Source: Ginsengibacter sp.
GTDB taxonomy: Bacteria > Bacteroidota > Bacteroidia > Chitinophagales > Chitinophagaceae
Direction of reading: 5' to 3'
DNA length: 64,000 nucleotides
Assembly (NCBI GenBank): GCA_039931355.1
Contig: JBDTSD010000007.1
Span: forward strand, 314 to 64,313
In this document: one piece after another, positions 46,971-57,420 of the stretch
How positions within the stretch are numbered: the stretch's first letter is position 1
Layout: each line of letters opens with the position of its first letter
Position numbers and translations under genes: made by a program
The notes under the pieces: model-generated
Told to the model about the DNA's origin: nothing
Seen by the model: only the letters and a program-made list of their open reading frames with translations
Databases searched by the model: none

Positions 46971-48122
46971 ATGAAAAATATATTAAAATTCTTTTTTGCA
47001 TTACTAATTACCGTTGCATCGGTAAGTTATACAAATGCACAAGTCAGTATTTCAGTAAGAATAGGCCCGCCGGCTCTGCCTGTTTATGAGCAGCCATATG
47101 TGCCCGGCGATGGATACATGTGGGTGCCTGGTTATTGGGCTTACGATGGCGGATATTATTGGGTTCCCGGCATGTGGGTATTACCACCAGAAACCGGGTT
47201 TCTGTGGACGCCTGGTTATTGGGGCTTTACAAATTCGTTCTATAGATGGCACTCGGGCTATTGGGGAAGAAATGTAGGATACTATGGTGGAATAAATTAT
47301 GGACACGGCTATGGCGGCCGCGGTTATTATGGCGGCGAATGGCGCGGAAGAAGTTTCAGGTATAATACCGCTGTAACCCGCGTAAATACTACTGTTATTC
47401 ATAATACTTACATTAACAGAACCGTGGTGAATAACAATACTATTATAAACAAAAACAGGGCGAGCTATAACGGTAACGGTGGAGTAGCGGCCAGACCCAC
47501 AAGGCAGGAAGAAGTGGCAGTAAAAGAAACGCATGTAAGGCCAACATCCTTACAGTTATCACATCAAAGTGAAGCTAAAGCAGATAAGCGACAGTTTGCA
47601 TCAGCAAATGATGGTCGCCCCGCAAAGCTTATAGAGGAAGGGAATGCAAATAATAATAATCATGCTGCTATAGAGAAAGCTCGTGTAACACACAATGATA
47701 ATAATAATCATAACGCAGCGGATAACAGGCCTCGTGTGGCCACCAAAGAGCCAACACAACAAAGTGCAACCAACCAACAAATTCTCCGGGACAAGGCAAA
47801 ACAGGATGCAGCGAGACAGCAACAAATAAATGCCGCAAGAGCTGACGATCAAACAAAGGAAGCTGTACAAAATCAGCAGCGTCAGCAACAGGCAAGGGTT
47901 GACAATCAAAGAAAAGAGGCAATACAAAATCAGCAGCGTCAGCAACAGGTAAACGCTGACAATCAAAAAAGGCAACAGGTGCAGAACCAGCAGCGTCAGC
48001 AGCAGGTAAATGCCAACAATCAAAGAAGGCAACAGGTGCAGAACCAGGAGCGGGTGCAGCAAAGGAATAATCCAGGTAAGCAAGTTCAGCCTCGTGCGCA
48101 AGAGAACAGGCGTAAGAAATAA
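46971..48122 (+). CDS. Secreted YXWGXW-repeat protein with a Gln-rich tail
   Basis: Signal peptide, GPPALPVYEQP, YMWVPGYW, WVPGMW, WTPGYW; QNQQRQQQ repeats. Confidence 0.88.
   Translation: MKNILKFFFALLITVASVSYTNAQVSISVRIGPPALPVYEQPYVPGDGYMWVPGYWAYDGGYYWVPGMWVLPPETGFLWTPGYWGFTNSFYRWHSGYWGRNVGYYGGINYGHGYGGRGYYGGEWRGRSFRYNTAVTRVNTTVIHNTYINRTVVNNNTIINKNRASYNGNGGVAARPTRQEEVAVKETHVRPTSLQLSHQSEAKADKRQFASANDGRPAKLIEEGNANNNNHAAIEKARVTHNDNNNHNAADNRPRVATKEPTQQSATNQQILRDKAKQDAARQQQINAARADDQTKEAVQNQQRQQQARVDNQRKEAIQNQQRQQQVNADNQKRQQVQNQQRQQQVNANNQRRQQVQNQERVQQRNNPGKQVQPRAQENRRKK
47867..48048 (+). repeat. 57-bp (19-aa) coding tandem repeat, about 3 copies
   Basis: acaaaatcagcagcgtcagcaacagg... recurs with period 57. 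Confidence 0.85.
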
Positions 48123-48143
48123 AAGAACTATACTTGATAAAAG

Positions 48144-48177
48144 GAAGGCTTTATACAATGTTATAAGGCCTTTTTTT
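48144..48177 (+). terminator. Probable terminator
   Basis: aaggctttatac-aat-gttataaggcctt followed by a T-run. Confidence 0.55.
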
Positions 48178-48593
48178 ATGAGATGCATAAGGCGAACTAA
48201 AAGAGATATTGTTGAGTCTGATTACTAATTGAGATAATGACACCTATACTATATTTTTAGAAAAGCATTTATACCTAACGCAAAGGGCTACACGAAACAG
48301 GATACAATTTCTTTTATTCGTCTTTTCAATTTATTCTTTTCGGATATTTTGAGCCAACATGTGTAATGTTTTTTTTGGGGAGTAGCCTTTTTACGTTATA
48401 GCGAATATGGCTGATTCAAAAAAGGTGTTTTACCCCTTTGAATTGTTGAAAGGGTTTATTAGTTTAGGAGGGTCTAACCTGATTAAAAGCGCCCAACAAC
48501 AAGTCTTATTTATCTAATTTTCAAAGAAATAACCGGAACTTTTACTTACCTCAGTACGAAACTTTCAGGAAAAATAGTTGTCAAGTATTTTTT

Positions 48594-49121
48594 TTGTTAG
48601 TTAAAATTCATAACGTGAACTATATTATCAAATCAATTTGTGTGGCTTTATTGTCTACAATAATTTTAAGTAATGCCTTCGGTCAACATCGTATTGAACT
48701 AAGAATAAATCCGGCTACCGGATTATTAGCCGACCCTGGTACCGAAATAGTGTTACCCGGTGAATACGTGTTGTGGAGCATAAAACCTGGCGAAAATATT
48801 AGTTGGTTTCGGATCGAAGGTGCTAATCCTCCATGCAACAACTTACCGGCCAGTGGCGGTTATTCCCGGGAGAGAGGAGATGTCAGGCCAAGAGAGCCTC
48901 GTCGCGATTGGAAGTACAGAATAATTTATGTGCTCACAACAAGTCCCGAAAGAAAACAATTAGATCCCAAAATTGCTATCCGGCCAACGAGAGACATAAA
49001 TAATTCAATATTAATGTTCTTTTTAGGAGCCATAGTTCCTTTACTAACATCTATATTATTTTACCGAAAATGGAAGGCCGCCAAATCTGAGCTTGAAAAA
49101 CTTAGTACACCAAAATCATAA
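48594..49121 (+). CDS. Hypothetical membrane-anchored exported protein (start uncertain)
   Basis: Signal-like N-terminus, beta-rich domain ending LDPKI, C-terminal TM plus RKWK. Confidence 0.6.
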   Translation: MLVKIHNVNYIIKSICVALLSTIILSNAFGQHRIELRINPATGLLADPGTEIVLPGEYVLWSIKPGENISWFRIEGANPPCNNLPASGGYSRERGDVRPREPRRDWKYRIIYVLTTSPERKQLDPKIAIRPTRDINNSILMFFLGAIVPLLTSILFYRKWKAAKSELEKLSTPKS

Positions 49122-49224
49122 TATTTGTAACTTATCAGCCAAACGCAGGTGGGTCCTGGAGAAATGTCTTGAGCTCTATAATTATCCGCAAAATACGGTC
49201 ACAAATTTCTGTTCACCATCAGCC

Positions 49225-51264
49225 ATGTGTAATAAAAAAACCTATTTCCTTTTATTAGCCTTCTGCTTATTTACCATGTACCGTGGTTTTGCACAGGATC
49301 AAAAAGTAGCTGATAGTCTTAAAATTATTTACCAGCGGGATACAGCAGAAGGCATCTCAAAGTACAATTTACTTATAGATCTTTCTTTCAATGAAGTAAG
49401 GGATTTAAAACAAGGTGTGCGGTATGCGGAAGAATTGATAAGTCTATCCCGACAGGCAGGTGACGACAAATACCTTAGTGCCGGTTATTTTTGGAAGGGG
49501 ACGAAAGAAAGATTGCTTGGCAACCTGGATACGGCGCTAAATGCACTCTTTAAAAGCGCTGAAATAGCGAAACGATCACATCTTTCTAAAAGTGAAGGAA
49601 ACGCTTATGAAGAAGTAGCAAACATTTACTCAGTCGCAAAAAACCACCAGACCGCGATGCTTTATTACAATAAAGCTATAACTGCGATGCGGCAATCTAA
49701 TGATTCAAATAGCCTGGCTTCTGCACTGGCTAACGCAGGTGATGAATTCCTTAATATTAAAAAATATGATTCTGCATTTTCGTATTTAAACGAAGCAAAG
49801 ATCATTTTCGATAATTTGAATTACCTGACTGGAAAAGTCTATTGCCTCGGTAATCTTGGTGTAGTGTATGCTAATCTTGGCAATAATGATCTTGCCGAAA
49901 AAAATATAAATGACGCCATTCGCATATTGGAAGAATCACAGGATTATTATCCAATCTGCGACTATCTTCTTCCTATGGCTGAGGTATATTCCGATAAAGG
50001 AGACATGCAGACAGCATTGAATTATGCACTAAGGAGTTTGAGCCTGGCTGACAAATACAAGTTAAAAGAACAGATTGCCAATGCTAACCTTAAAGTGTCA
50101 GAGCTATATGAAAAAATGGGAAACCTGGGCGAAGCTCTTAAACATTATAAAAATTATATAGCCTACAGGGATAGCCTTAGTAATATTAAATCCGTGCAGG
50201 CTATGTATAATTTGCAGTCCCGGTTTGATAACTCCCAGCATCAGGCCCAGGTGAAATTGCTCAATCAACAGGAAAGAAATCAGCGAAATTTATTGATTTC
50301 CCTGATGATCATATTTGGTTTAACGGTAATAACACTTGGCATCATATTGAGAAATAATAAGAGTAAACAAAAAGCCTATAAAATTTTAGATAAACAAAAG
50401 CAGGAAACAGATAAAGAAAAAGCAAAGGCGGAAGATGCGCTTAGAGAATTGCAGGCAACGCAAATGCAATTAATGCATCGCGAACGTATGGCTTCACTCG
50501 GCGAGCTTACCGCCGGCATTGCCCACGAGATACAAAACCCACTCAACTTTGTAAATAACTTTTCAGATGTGAATGCTGAGTTGTTGGATGAACTTCAACA
50601 GGAATTAAAAAAAGGAAACGTAGGTGAAGCATTATCTATTTCAAATGGCATCATAGAAAACGAGCAAAAAATAAATCATCATGGCAAGCGGGCAGATGCT
50701 ATTGTAAAAGGTATGATGCAACATTCGCGGTCGAGTACAGGGCATACAGAACCAACTGATATAAATGCATTGGCCAGTGAATATTTAAAACTCAGCTATC
50801 ACGGCCTCCGTGCAAAAGACAAAAGTTTCAATGCAACCATGGATACCCATTTTGATGAGAATCTTCCAAAAGTTAATATCGTGCCGCAGGACATAGGCAG
50901 GGTATTATTGAATTTATGCAACAATGCGTTTTACTCGGTGACAGAAAAAAAGAAGGACCCCCAGCCCCTAAAGGGGAGTGAAGAATACGAACCAAAAGTA
51001 ACAGTGACCACAAAGGCTCTAAAGCCCCCTTTAGGGGGTTTGGGGGTAGAAATTTCTGTAAAAGATAATGGCACCGGCATTCCCCAAAAAATAACTGATA
51101 AAATATTCAACCCGTTTTTCACCACCAAGCCTGCGGGGCAGGGCACGGGTCTGGGGCTATCGCTCAGTTACGACATCGTAAAAGCCCATGGTGGTACCAT
51201 TACCATCAACACCAGGGAAGGTGAATTTGCTGAGTTTATTATCCGCATTCCTGCAAATACATAA
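49225..51264 (+). CDS. TPR-sensor histidine kinase (start placed at ATG 49225)
   Basis: Signal peptide, TPRs, TM, ASLGELTAGIAHEIQNPLNF, DNGTGIP, FFTTKP, GTGLGL. Confidence 0.93.
   Translation: MCNKKTYFLLLAFCLFTMYRGFAQDQKVADSLKIIYQRDTAEGISKYNLLIDLSFNEVRDLKQGVRYAEELISLSRQAGDDKYLSAGYFWKGTKERLLGNLDTALNALFKSAEIAKRSHLSKSEGNAYEEVANIYSVAKNHQTAMLYYNKAITAMRQSNDSNSLASALANAGDEFLNIKKYDSAFSYLNEAKIIFDNLNYLTGKVYCLGNLGVVYANLGNNDLAEKNINDAIRILEESQDYYPICDYLLPMAEVYSDKGDMQTALNYALRSLSLADKYKLKEQIANANLKVSELYEKMGNLGEALKHYKNYIAYRDSLSNIKSVQAMYNLQSRFDNSQHQAQVKLLNQQERNQRNLLISLMIIFGLTVITLGIILRNNKSKQKAYKILDKQKQETDKEKAKAEDALRELQATQMQLMHRERMASLGELTAGIAHEIQNPLNFVNNFSDVNAELLDELQQELKKGNVGEALSISNGIIENEQKINHHGKRADAIVKGMMQHSRSSTGHTEPTDINALASEYLKLSYHGLRAKDKSFNATMDTHFDENLPKVNIVPQDIGRVLLNLCNNAFYSVTEKKKDPQPLKGSEEYEPKVTVTTKALKPPLGGLGVEISVKDNGTGIPQKITDKIFNPFFTTKPAGQGTGLGLSLSYDIVKAHGGTITINTREGEFAEFIIRIPANT
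50958..51046. repeat. Inverted pair of family P elements, both in frame inside the kinase ATPase domain
   Basis: cccccagcccctaaaggggag (PQPLKG) and ccccctttagggggtttggggg (PPLGGLG). Confidence 0.85.
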
Positions 51265-51566
51265 TGCCTTATTTCCATTGTAAAAGTGAGCACTTCTATT
51301 GGGGTAAAAAGTATGTATTAAAATTTAGTAACGCTTAAAAGCTATTAATGCTAATTTCTTTTCAATGGGCTTTTCTCATACGAAAACGAATGACAACTAC
51401 ACGAGTGCAAGTAATGAAAGAAATGCCTTTGGGGGTGATATTAATTTGAATTCGGACTTGTTAAGCATCCTTGCAATCGGCTTCAAATTCTTTCTGTAAG
51501 TTATTATGATGTAAGTAAGCTTCAATAAAAAAATAAAGTCTGCGCCTGCGATGTATTGCTCAGATT

Positions 51567-53078
51567 TTATTTTTCGGCTTGTAGTGTCTCAATTTCGTTA
51601 ACTGTGTGCATGGAATCTTTCAGGTTGCCATACAATTTTTTAAAAACCGGGTAATATTTTTTATGTGCCGAAAAGTTTTCTTCAACCGGTTCAATTATAA
51701 TTTCATTTGCCGGTATTAATGATTGGTAATCTTCAATGAGATTCATCGCTTTCATATAGAGCATTGCTGCTCCATAAGACGACGCATCTTCTGCCTGTAT
51801 GCTGCAAATCTTCTTCCCTGTTACATCAGCCAATATCTGAATCCACGTACCGGAATGGATGAACCCTCCACTTACATTAAGCTGCCGGATAGGCCCGGCA
51901 GACTCTTCTATTATTTCCAAAATATTATTTAATGCGTAACAAACTCCTTCTATTGCAGCTCTTGAAAAATGCGCTTGTGTATGAAATGATTTTATTCCAA
52001 AAAATACAGCGCTCGCCTTTTCATCCCATACAGGTGCACGCTCTCCATGCAGGTAAGGAAGAAATATTAATCCCTGGCACCCTGCTTCTGTATTGGCAAC
52101 TTTGTTAAAAAACTGCACATAATCTTTATCAACAGGATTGATATTTTCAAGAAAATTTTTCATCATCCATTCTAACACGTTTCCACCGTTATTGACTGGT
52201 GCACCGCAGATAAAGGTGCCGCCTTCCAGTACATAATTAAAGATCATCGCTCCAAAATTAAATACCGGTGAGCTGTGCGCTATTCTTACTGCGCCGCTTG
52301 TTCCAATGGTAAGTGCGGCTGTACCGGGCTCCAAGGAAAAGCTCCCAATATTTGCAAGACATCCATCGCTTGCTCCAATGCAGAATTGGGTGTCTTGAGA
52401 AATCTTCAATTCTTCAGCAATATTTGAGCGAATTTTATTCCGCATGAAATTAGTAGGAACGATAGCAGAAAGTTGTTCCGCATCAATATTGCACAATTGT
52501 AAAGATTGCTTGTTCCAAATATTTTCTTCAATATTAAATAATCCCGTAGCAGAAGCAATTGACTGATCAATCTCGTACTCACCAAATAACCTGTGCCATA
52601 TAAATTCTTTGATAGAAATAAATTTAAAAGCCTTTGCAAAAATCCCCGGCTGGCTCCTGCTGAACCAAATAATTTTGCACAAAGGCGACATGGAGTGAAT
52701 TGGGGTACCGCTTTGCCTGTAAATACTTTCAGCGACATCTGATTGACGAATTTCTTCAGCTATCTTTTCACTTCGCGTATCAGCCCAGGTAATCAGGTTA
52801 GTAATTGGATGGTTATTTTTATCAATAACAATAAGGCTGTGCATGCAACTGCTGAAACTAACAGCAAAGGGTACCTGCTTCAAAATATTTGTTACATCAA
52901 TTAAGCAATTTCTAAAAGCCTTCCATATTATTTCGGGGTCTTGCTCAGAATAGCCGTGAGGCGCATCTAAACCGGAATAATGAAACTGGGCGGAAGCAAT
53001 CACTTCTCCTGAATAATTTAAGGCAACTGCTTTTGTGCTTCCAGTGCCCAGGTCTATACCTATTATATATGGTTCCAT
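51567..53078 (-). CDS. gntK: Gluconokinase, FGGY family
   Basis: IGIDLGTGSTKA, TPIHSMSP, GASDGCLAN, TIGTSGAVR, GERAP. Confidence 0.85.
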   Translation of the reverse strand: MEPYIIGIDLGTGSTKAVALNYSGEVIASAQFHYSGLDAPHGYSEQDPEIIWKAFRNCLIDVTNILKQVPFAVSFSSCMHSLIVIDKNNHPITNLITWADTRSEKIAEEIRQSDVAESIYRQSGTPIHSMSPLCKIIWFSRSQPGIFAKAFKFISIKEFIWHRLFGEYEIDQSIASATGLFNIEENIWNKQSLQLCNIDAEQLSAIVPTNFMRNKIRSNIAEELKISQDTQFCIGASDGCLANIGSFSLEPGTAALTIGTSGAVRIAHSSPVFNFGAMIFNYVLEGGTFICGAPVNNGGNVLEWMMKNFLENINPVDKDYVQFFNKVANTEAGCQGLIFLPYLHGERAPVWDEKASAVFFGIKSFHTQAHFSRAAIEGVCYALNNILEIIEESAGPIRQLNVSGGFIHSGTWIQILADVTGKKICSIQAEDASSYGAAMLYMKAMNLIEDYQSLIPANEIIIEPVEENFSAHKKYYPVFKKLYGNLKDSMHTVNEIETLQAEK

Positions 53079-53434
53079 TCTTTTTTATATAGAAAGATAT
53101 GAAACTTGTTTCTTTTATTTTGGCCCCTCGCCCAATGGCATGATATTTATTTGCGCAGATACTGGGTCAACAAACTTCATTGAAATTTAGGTTAGTATCC
53201 TGGTAGCCTCGGTTAGACATAATTCACACAGCCTTATCTGGATAAAAAAAGTCCCGGAAAATATTTAATAAATCCGGGGAAATTTAAAAACCCTTTGGCA
53301 GATTTATAGTAATACAGCCCAGGTTCAACTGTGTGCAAAAAATTTTGAAGAAGAACAATAAATTAAAATAGCTGCCGTTTAAGTAATAGAACAAAAAAAC
53401 AGTAAAATTACTATGATGGTAAAATAAATGATAT

Positions 53435-53442
53435 TAGCTTTG
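53435..53442 (+). promoter_or_regulatory. -7 promoter box for the T9SS cargo gene
   Basis: tagctttg(c) matches TAnnTTTG. Confidence 0.5.
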
Positions 53443-53659
53443 CGGCTTCACTTACATATATCTCCTACAAAAGGTGCATCAATACCCCCAAACTGCTGAT
53501 GCACAGAAACAAATTCCATTTAAAGGAATCAATTCCATTATGAATTTAGGGTTACCTAATATCCTTTGTAATTATCAATATGATGCAGGCATTTATCTGT
53601 ATCACGCACTAATCCTGCATTCTCATGAGGCCGTTTATTTAAATTTATAAACCCCCTTT

Positions 53660-56600
53660 ATGAAAAGATTTTTTACCCCGGCTACCATTTTGAATTTTAT
53701 TCAAAAAAATGTTTTTTTCCTTCTATTATTTTTATACAGCAACGCTGTAATGGCCCAGCAGGTAACTGAGGTTATTACCGATTTTGGTGGCTACTGGAAG
53801 TCAGCCGTGGGAGCTTTAAATGCAACCTACCCGAACACGAGTCATAATTTGCTTTCCTTTAAATACAATTCCGTTGTTTATTCTACCGGCGCTAATGATA
53901 ATAAATTAGATGCTAATGGCATATCCTATGTTGCTGGTGATTTCAGGGGCTTTCCTATAACTTCTATCGGTGGTAAAGTTACCAGCGGCACTTCCGTTTA
54001 TGCAGCCCTTGCCAGCAAGTACGATGGTGTGCCCAATGGATTTAGTAATCCACTGCCTTCATTGAAAATGAATGATGTGTTGATTGACGGTATTCATGGG
54101 TTGGACCTCGGAACCGGCGTAACAAATATACCTGCTTCGTCCATCATCACCTTTCCTGTCACTGCCGTTCAAATGTATGCTATATCAGATGAACAGCCGG
54201 ATATTGTAATGACACAAATTGCTGATCCTTCTGCAAACGGGGACACGCTGTATTTTATAGACAGTGCCGGAGCAATTGTAGGTAATAAGATTGCCATTAA
54301 CTGGAGTACTGTTAGTAAATTAGGAACTTACTATCTTGATCTATATACTTTCCCCGTTGGTGCTTTGTGTGACACCGCAAAAATAAATGGCACTAGTGCC
54401 AGCGAAACAACCCGCGATATACGCCTCCTTGCCTTTAAATTATCGGATTTTGGAATAACTATCACAAATGTTTCTACTATTAAACAATTTATCTTGAGAG
54501 AAAGTGGAACCAGTGATCCGGCTTTTGTTGCTTACAATGCCGGGGCCCTCACCATTCCTGCGCCTGAAATTACGGTACAGCCTGTTGCGCAGATCGTATG
54601 CCCTGATGTTTCCAATAGTGTTACTTTCTCTGTTACTGCAACGGGTGGATCTCTTAGTTACCAATGGAGAAAAAATAATACCGATATTTCAGGAGCTACC
54701 AGCAGAAATTATACGATCTCCAGCGTGACATCAGCAAGCGCAGGCGCTTACAATGTGGTTGTCACAAACCCTGTTGGGTCGGTGGCGAGCAATACTGTTT
54801 ATCTTAATCTATCTATCAGCGTGCAACCATCACCAGCGGTACAGGTTATTGCAACCGGTGCAAGTTGTACATTGTCAGTGAGTGCAAACAATGCAACTTC
54901 TTATCAATGGAGAAAAGGCAGCACAGATATTTCAGAGGCTACTTCAGCCACTTACATAATAAATCCTGTAAACACTGCAGACACTTCAAGCTATTCTGTT
55001 CTGGTGAAGAATGATATAGGTGAAGGTTGCGCTAATATCATCAGTAATACTGTGAAGGTAATTGGGTCGAATATTTTGTATTCAAAAGCTAACGTTAATT
55101 TGAATATTGCCGGCAGTTGGGGTGTTGCCACAGATGGCAGCGGAAGTTCACCGGTAAATTTTACCAGGGCTGAACATATATTTATAGTAAAGAACAATGC
55201 TTCTACCGGGGGAAATTTAACCATTGCAGGAACTCTTGATGTAGCCAATGCCGTTACGACTATTACTCCTAATACCACACTTGATTCACGTAAGATTATA
55301 CGGTCGGGCAGCGGAGCTTTAGCTGGCTCAGCAACTGCAAACCTTACAGTAAGAGATACGTCAAACTTATATTTTAAAGCACCAAATAATATACTTAAGA
55401 ACTTTACTATTTATAACGGCAAAACCAGTTTACTAAATGCTTTGTCCATCACGGCAGGCAGTACACCCGGCTCAGTAATTATGGACGGAGGAACACTATT
55501 TACAGGCGACAGCCTTACTATTAAAAGTGATGCGAGCGGTACCGCCAGTGTAGCGACAGTTGCGAGTGGCGCATCTATTACGGGACAGGTAACTGTTGAG
55601 CGGTTTATTCCGGGTGTAAAAAAAGCGTGGCGTTTTTTAGCAGTTCCTACCGTTCCCGGCCAAAGCATTCATGATGCATGGCAAGAGAACCAGGATGCTA
55701 ATTCAACATCACTTGCTGGTAAAGGCATACAGTTAACAGGAAACGTCGTTGGATGGAACACAAAAGGATTTGATTTATATAGTTCCACCCCATCAATAAA
55801 AACATATAACTCTGCCAACAATACATGGGTAGGTGTTAACTCTACATTAGATCCGTTTTCGGCTACGGCTGGGGGTTATATGACCTTTATCAGGGGAGAC
55901 AGGACCTCTAATTCTTTTTACTCGCCGGTAACTTCTACCGTTTTGCGTACAAAAGGCCAGCTTTATGTTGGTGACCAGGCTAATATTTCTGTAACAGCAA
56001 AGCAATTTATTGCAGTAAACAACCCTTATGCTGCTGCACTTGATATTCGTCAGATATATAATTCTGCTAACCTTTTCTTTTACGTTTGGGATCCTAACCT
56101 GGCAAGTTCGCTTGGCTACGGCGGATACCAAACATTGGTAAAAGGCGCATCAGGAGATTACACAGCTATCCCTGGCGGTGGAAGCTATTCCGGTACAAAC
56201 GCTAACTTAATTCAAAGCGGTTCCGCTTTCTTTGTTTACAATAATGATGGCGGGAACTTAACCATAAAAGAAAGTGCAAAGGCCAGCGTAAATCCTAATA
56301 CAATTGCCTTTACACCCACTACTGCGCCTGTTGAGAACAAGAGTGTAACAATACAATTGTATGGTGTAGACGCTGCCGGCAATGCAACATTACTCGATGG
56401 AGTATTGCAGGATTTCGATGAAACCTACAGCAGCGGCATAGACGGGATGGACGCTCAAAAACTTACGAATACTTCTGAAACTTTTTCCATTAAAACACAA
56501 GGACAACTATTATCTGTAGAAAGAAGAAATGCATTTTTTCAAAATGATACAACCTTTTTGAACCTGACTGCTGTAAAGGCACAGGCTTACAGAATAGTAT

Positions 56601-57322
56601 TGAATACAAAAAACCTTGACGGTGTAGCGGCATTTTTAGAAGACAGTTATTTAAAAACAAAAACTCCTATAATTGTTGATGGCACTACAGCTTATGACTA
56701 TACAATTGTGAACATCCCAGGATCTTATGCGGCTGATAGAATGAAAATTATATACCAGCAGCAGAAAGTATTGCCAGTAACTTTTACCTCGATATCTGCA
56801 ACACAAAAAGGTAAAGACATAGCTGTAGAATGGAAGGTGGAAAATGAAAGCAACATGAAGCAGTATGAAGTTGAGAAATCAATTGACGGAAATAATTTTT
56901 CAAAAGCAGCTACACTTGCAGCAAACAACAAAGGAACAGAAACTTTTAGCTGGTTAGATGTTGCAACTGTTACAGGCTACAATTATTACCGCATCCGCAG
57001 TGTAGATATAAACGGCAAGACCGCTTACACGCAAATTGTAAAAGTACAGTTAGGCGGTATCACTAAGCAGGAAATAAGCATATTCCCGAATCCCATTGTG
57101 AACGCGGTTATCAATCTTCAATTAACTAACCAGGCGAAAGGAATATATCATGTACGTGTAATGAATCAGGTCGGTCAGCCTGTATTGTTCAAAGAAATCA
57201 ATCACAGCGAAGGCAGCAGCACAGAAACTTTTCAGCTTAATAAAAATCTTGCTCGCGGCATGTACCAGGTAGAAATAACTAATCCGGCCGGCGAGGTAAA
57301 ATCAGTTAAAATAATAAATTAA
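53660..57322 (+). CDS. Large secreted protein with two Ig-like domains and a T9SS type A C-terminal domain
   Basis: Signal peptide; LSYQWRKN and SYQWRKG Ig repeats; LPVTFTSISA, YYRIRSVD, IFPNP, LARGMYQV. Confidence 0.92.
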   Translation: MKRFFTPATILNFIQKNVFFLLLFLYSNAVMAQQVTEVITDFGGYWKSAVGALNATYPNTSHNLLSFKYNSVVYSTGANDNKLDANGISYVAGDFRGFPITSIGGKVTSGTSVYAALASKYDGVPNGFSNPLPSLKMNDVLIDGIHGLDLGTGVTNIPASSIITFPVTAVQMYAISDEQPDIVMTQIADPSANGDTLYFIDSAGAIVGNKIAINWSTVSKLGTYYLDLYTFPVGALCDTAKINGTSASETTRDIRLLAFKLSDFGITITNVSTIKQFILRESGTSDPAFVAYNAGALTIPAPEITVQPVAQIVCPDVSNSVTFSVTATGGSLSYQWRKNNTDISGATSRNYTISSVTSASAGAYNVVVTNPVGSVASNTVYLNLSISVQPSPAVQVIATGASCTLSVSANNATSYQWRKGSTDISEATSATYIINPVNTADTSSYSVLVKNDIGEGCANIISNTVKVIGSNILYSKANVNLNIAGSWGVATDGSGSSPVNFTRAEHIFIVKNNASTGGNLTIAGTLDVANAVTTITPNTTLDSRKIIRSGSGALAGSATANLTVRDTSNLYFKAPNNILKNFTIYNGKTSLLNALSITAGSTPGSVIMDGGTLFTGDSLTIKSDASGTASVATVASGASITGQVTVERFIPGVKKAWRFLAVPTVPGQSIHDAWQENQDANSTSLAGKGIQLTGNVVGWNTKGFDLYSSTPSIKTYNSANNTWVGVNSTLDPFSATAGGYMTFIRGDRTSNSFYSPVTSTVLRTKGQLYVGDQANISVTAKQFIAVNNPYAAALDIRQIYNSANLFFYVWDPNLASSLGYGGYQTLVKGASGDYTAIPGGGSYSGTNANLIQSGSAFFVYNNDGGNLTIKESAKASVNPNTIAFTPTTAPVENKSVTIQLYGVDAAGNATLLDGVLQDFDETYSSGIDGMDAQKLTNTSETFSIKTQGQLLSVERRNAFFQNDTTFLNLTAVKAQAYRIVLNTKNLDGVAAFLEDSYLKTKTPIIVDGTTAYDYTIVNIPGSYAADRMKIIYQQQKVLPVTFTSISATQKGKDIAVEWKVENESNMKQYEVEKSIDGNNFSKAATLAANNKGTETFSWLDVATVTGYNYYRIRSVDINGKTAYTQIVKVQLGGITKQEISIFPNPIVNAVINLQLTNQAKGIYHVRVMNQVGQPVLFKEINHSEGSSTETFQLNKNLARGMYQVEITNPAGEVKSVKIIN

Positions 57323-57382
57323 TAAACAAACAAGGGCGCCCCTACCGCCTGGAATATCTACGCCTTGCCTAAACAGAAAAAA

Positions 57383-57420
57383 AGACTACTCTGAAAATGA
57401 AAATGAGTGGTCTTTTTTAT
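57383..57420 (+). terminator. Probable terminator
   Basis: aagactactc...gagtggtctt followed by a T-run. Confidence 0.55.
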
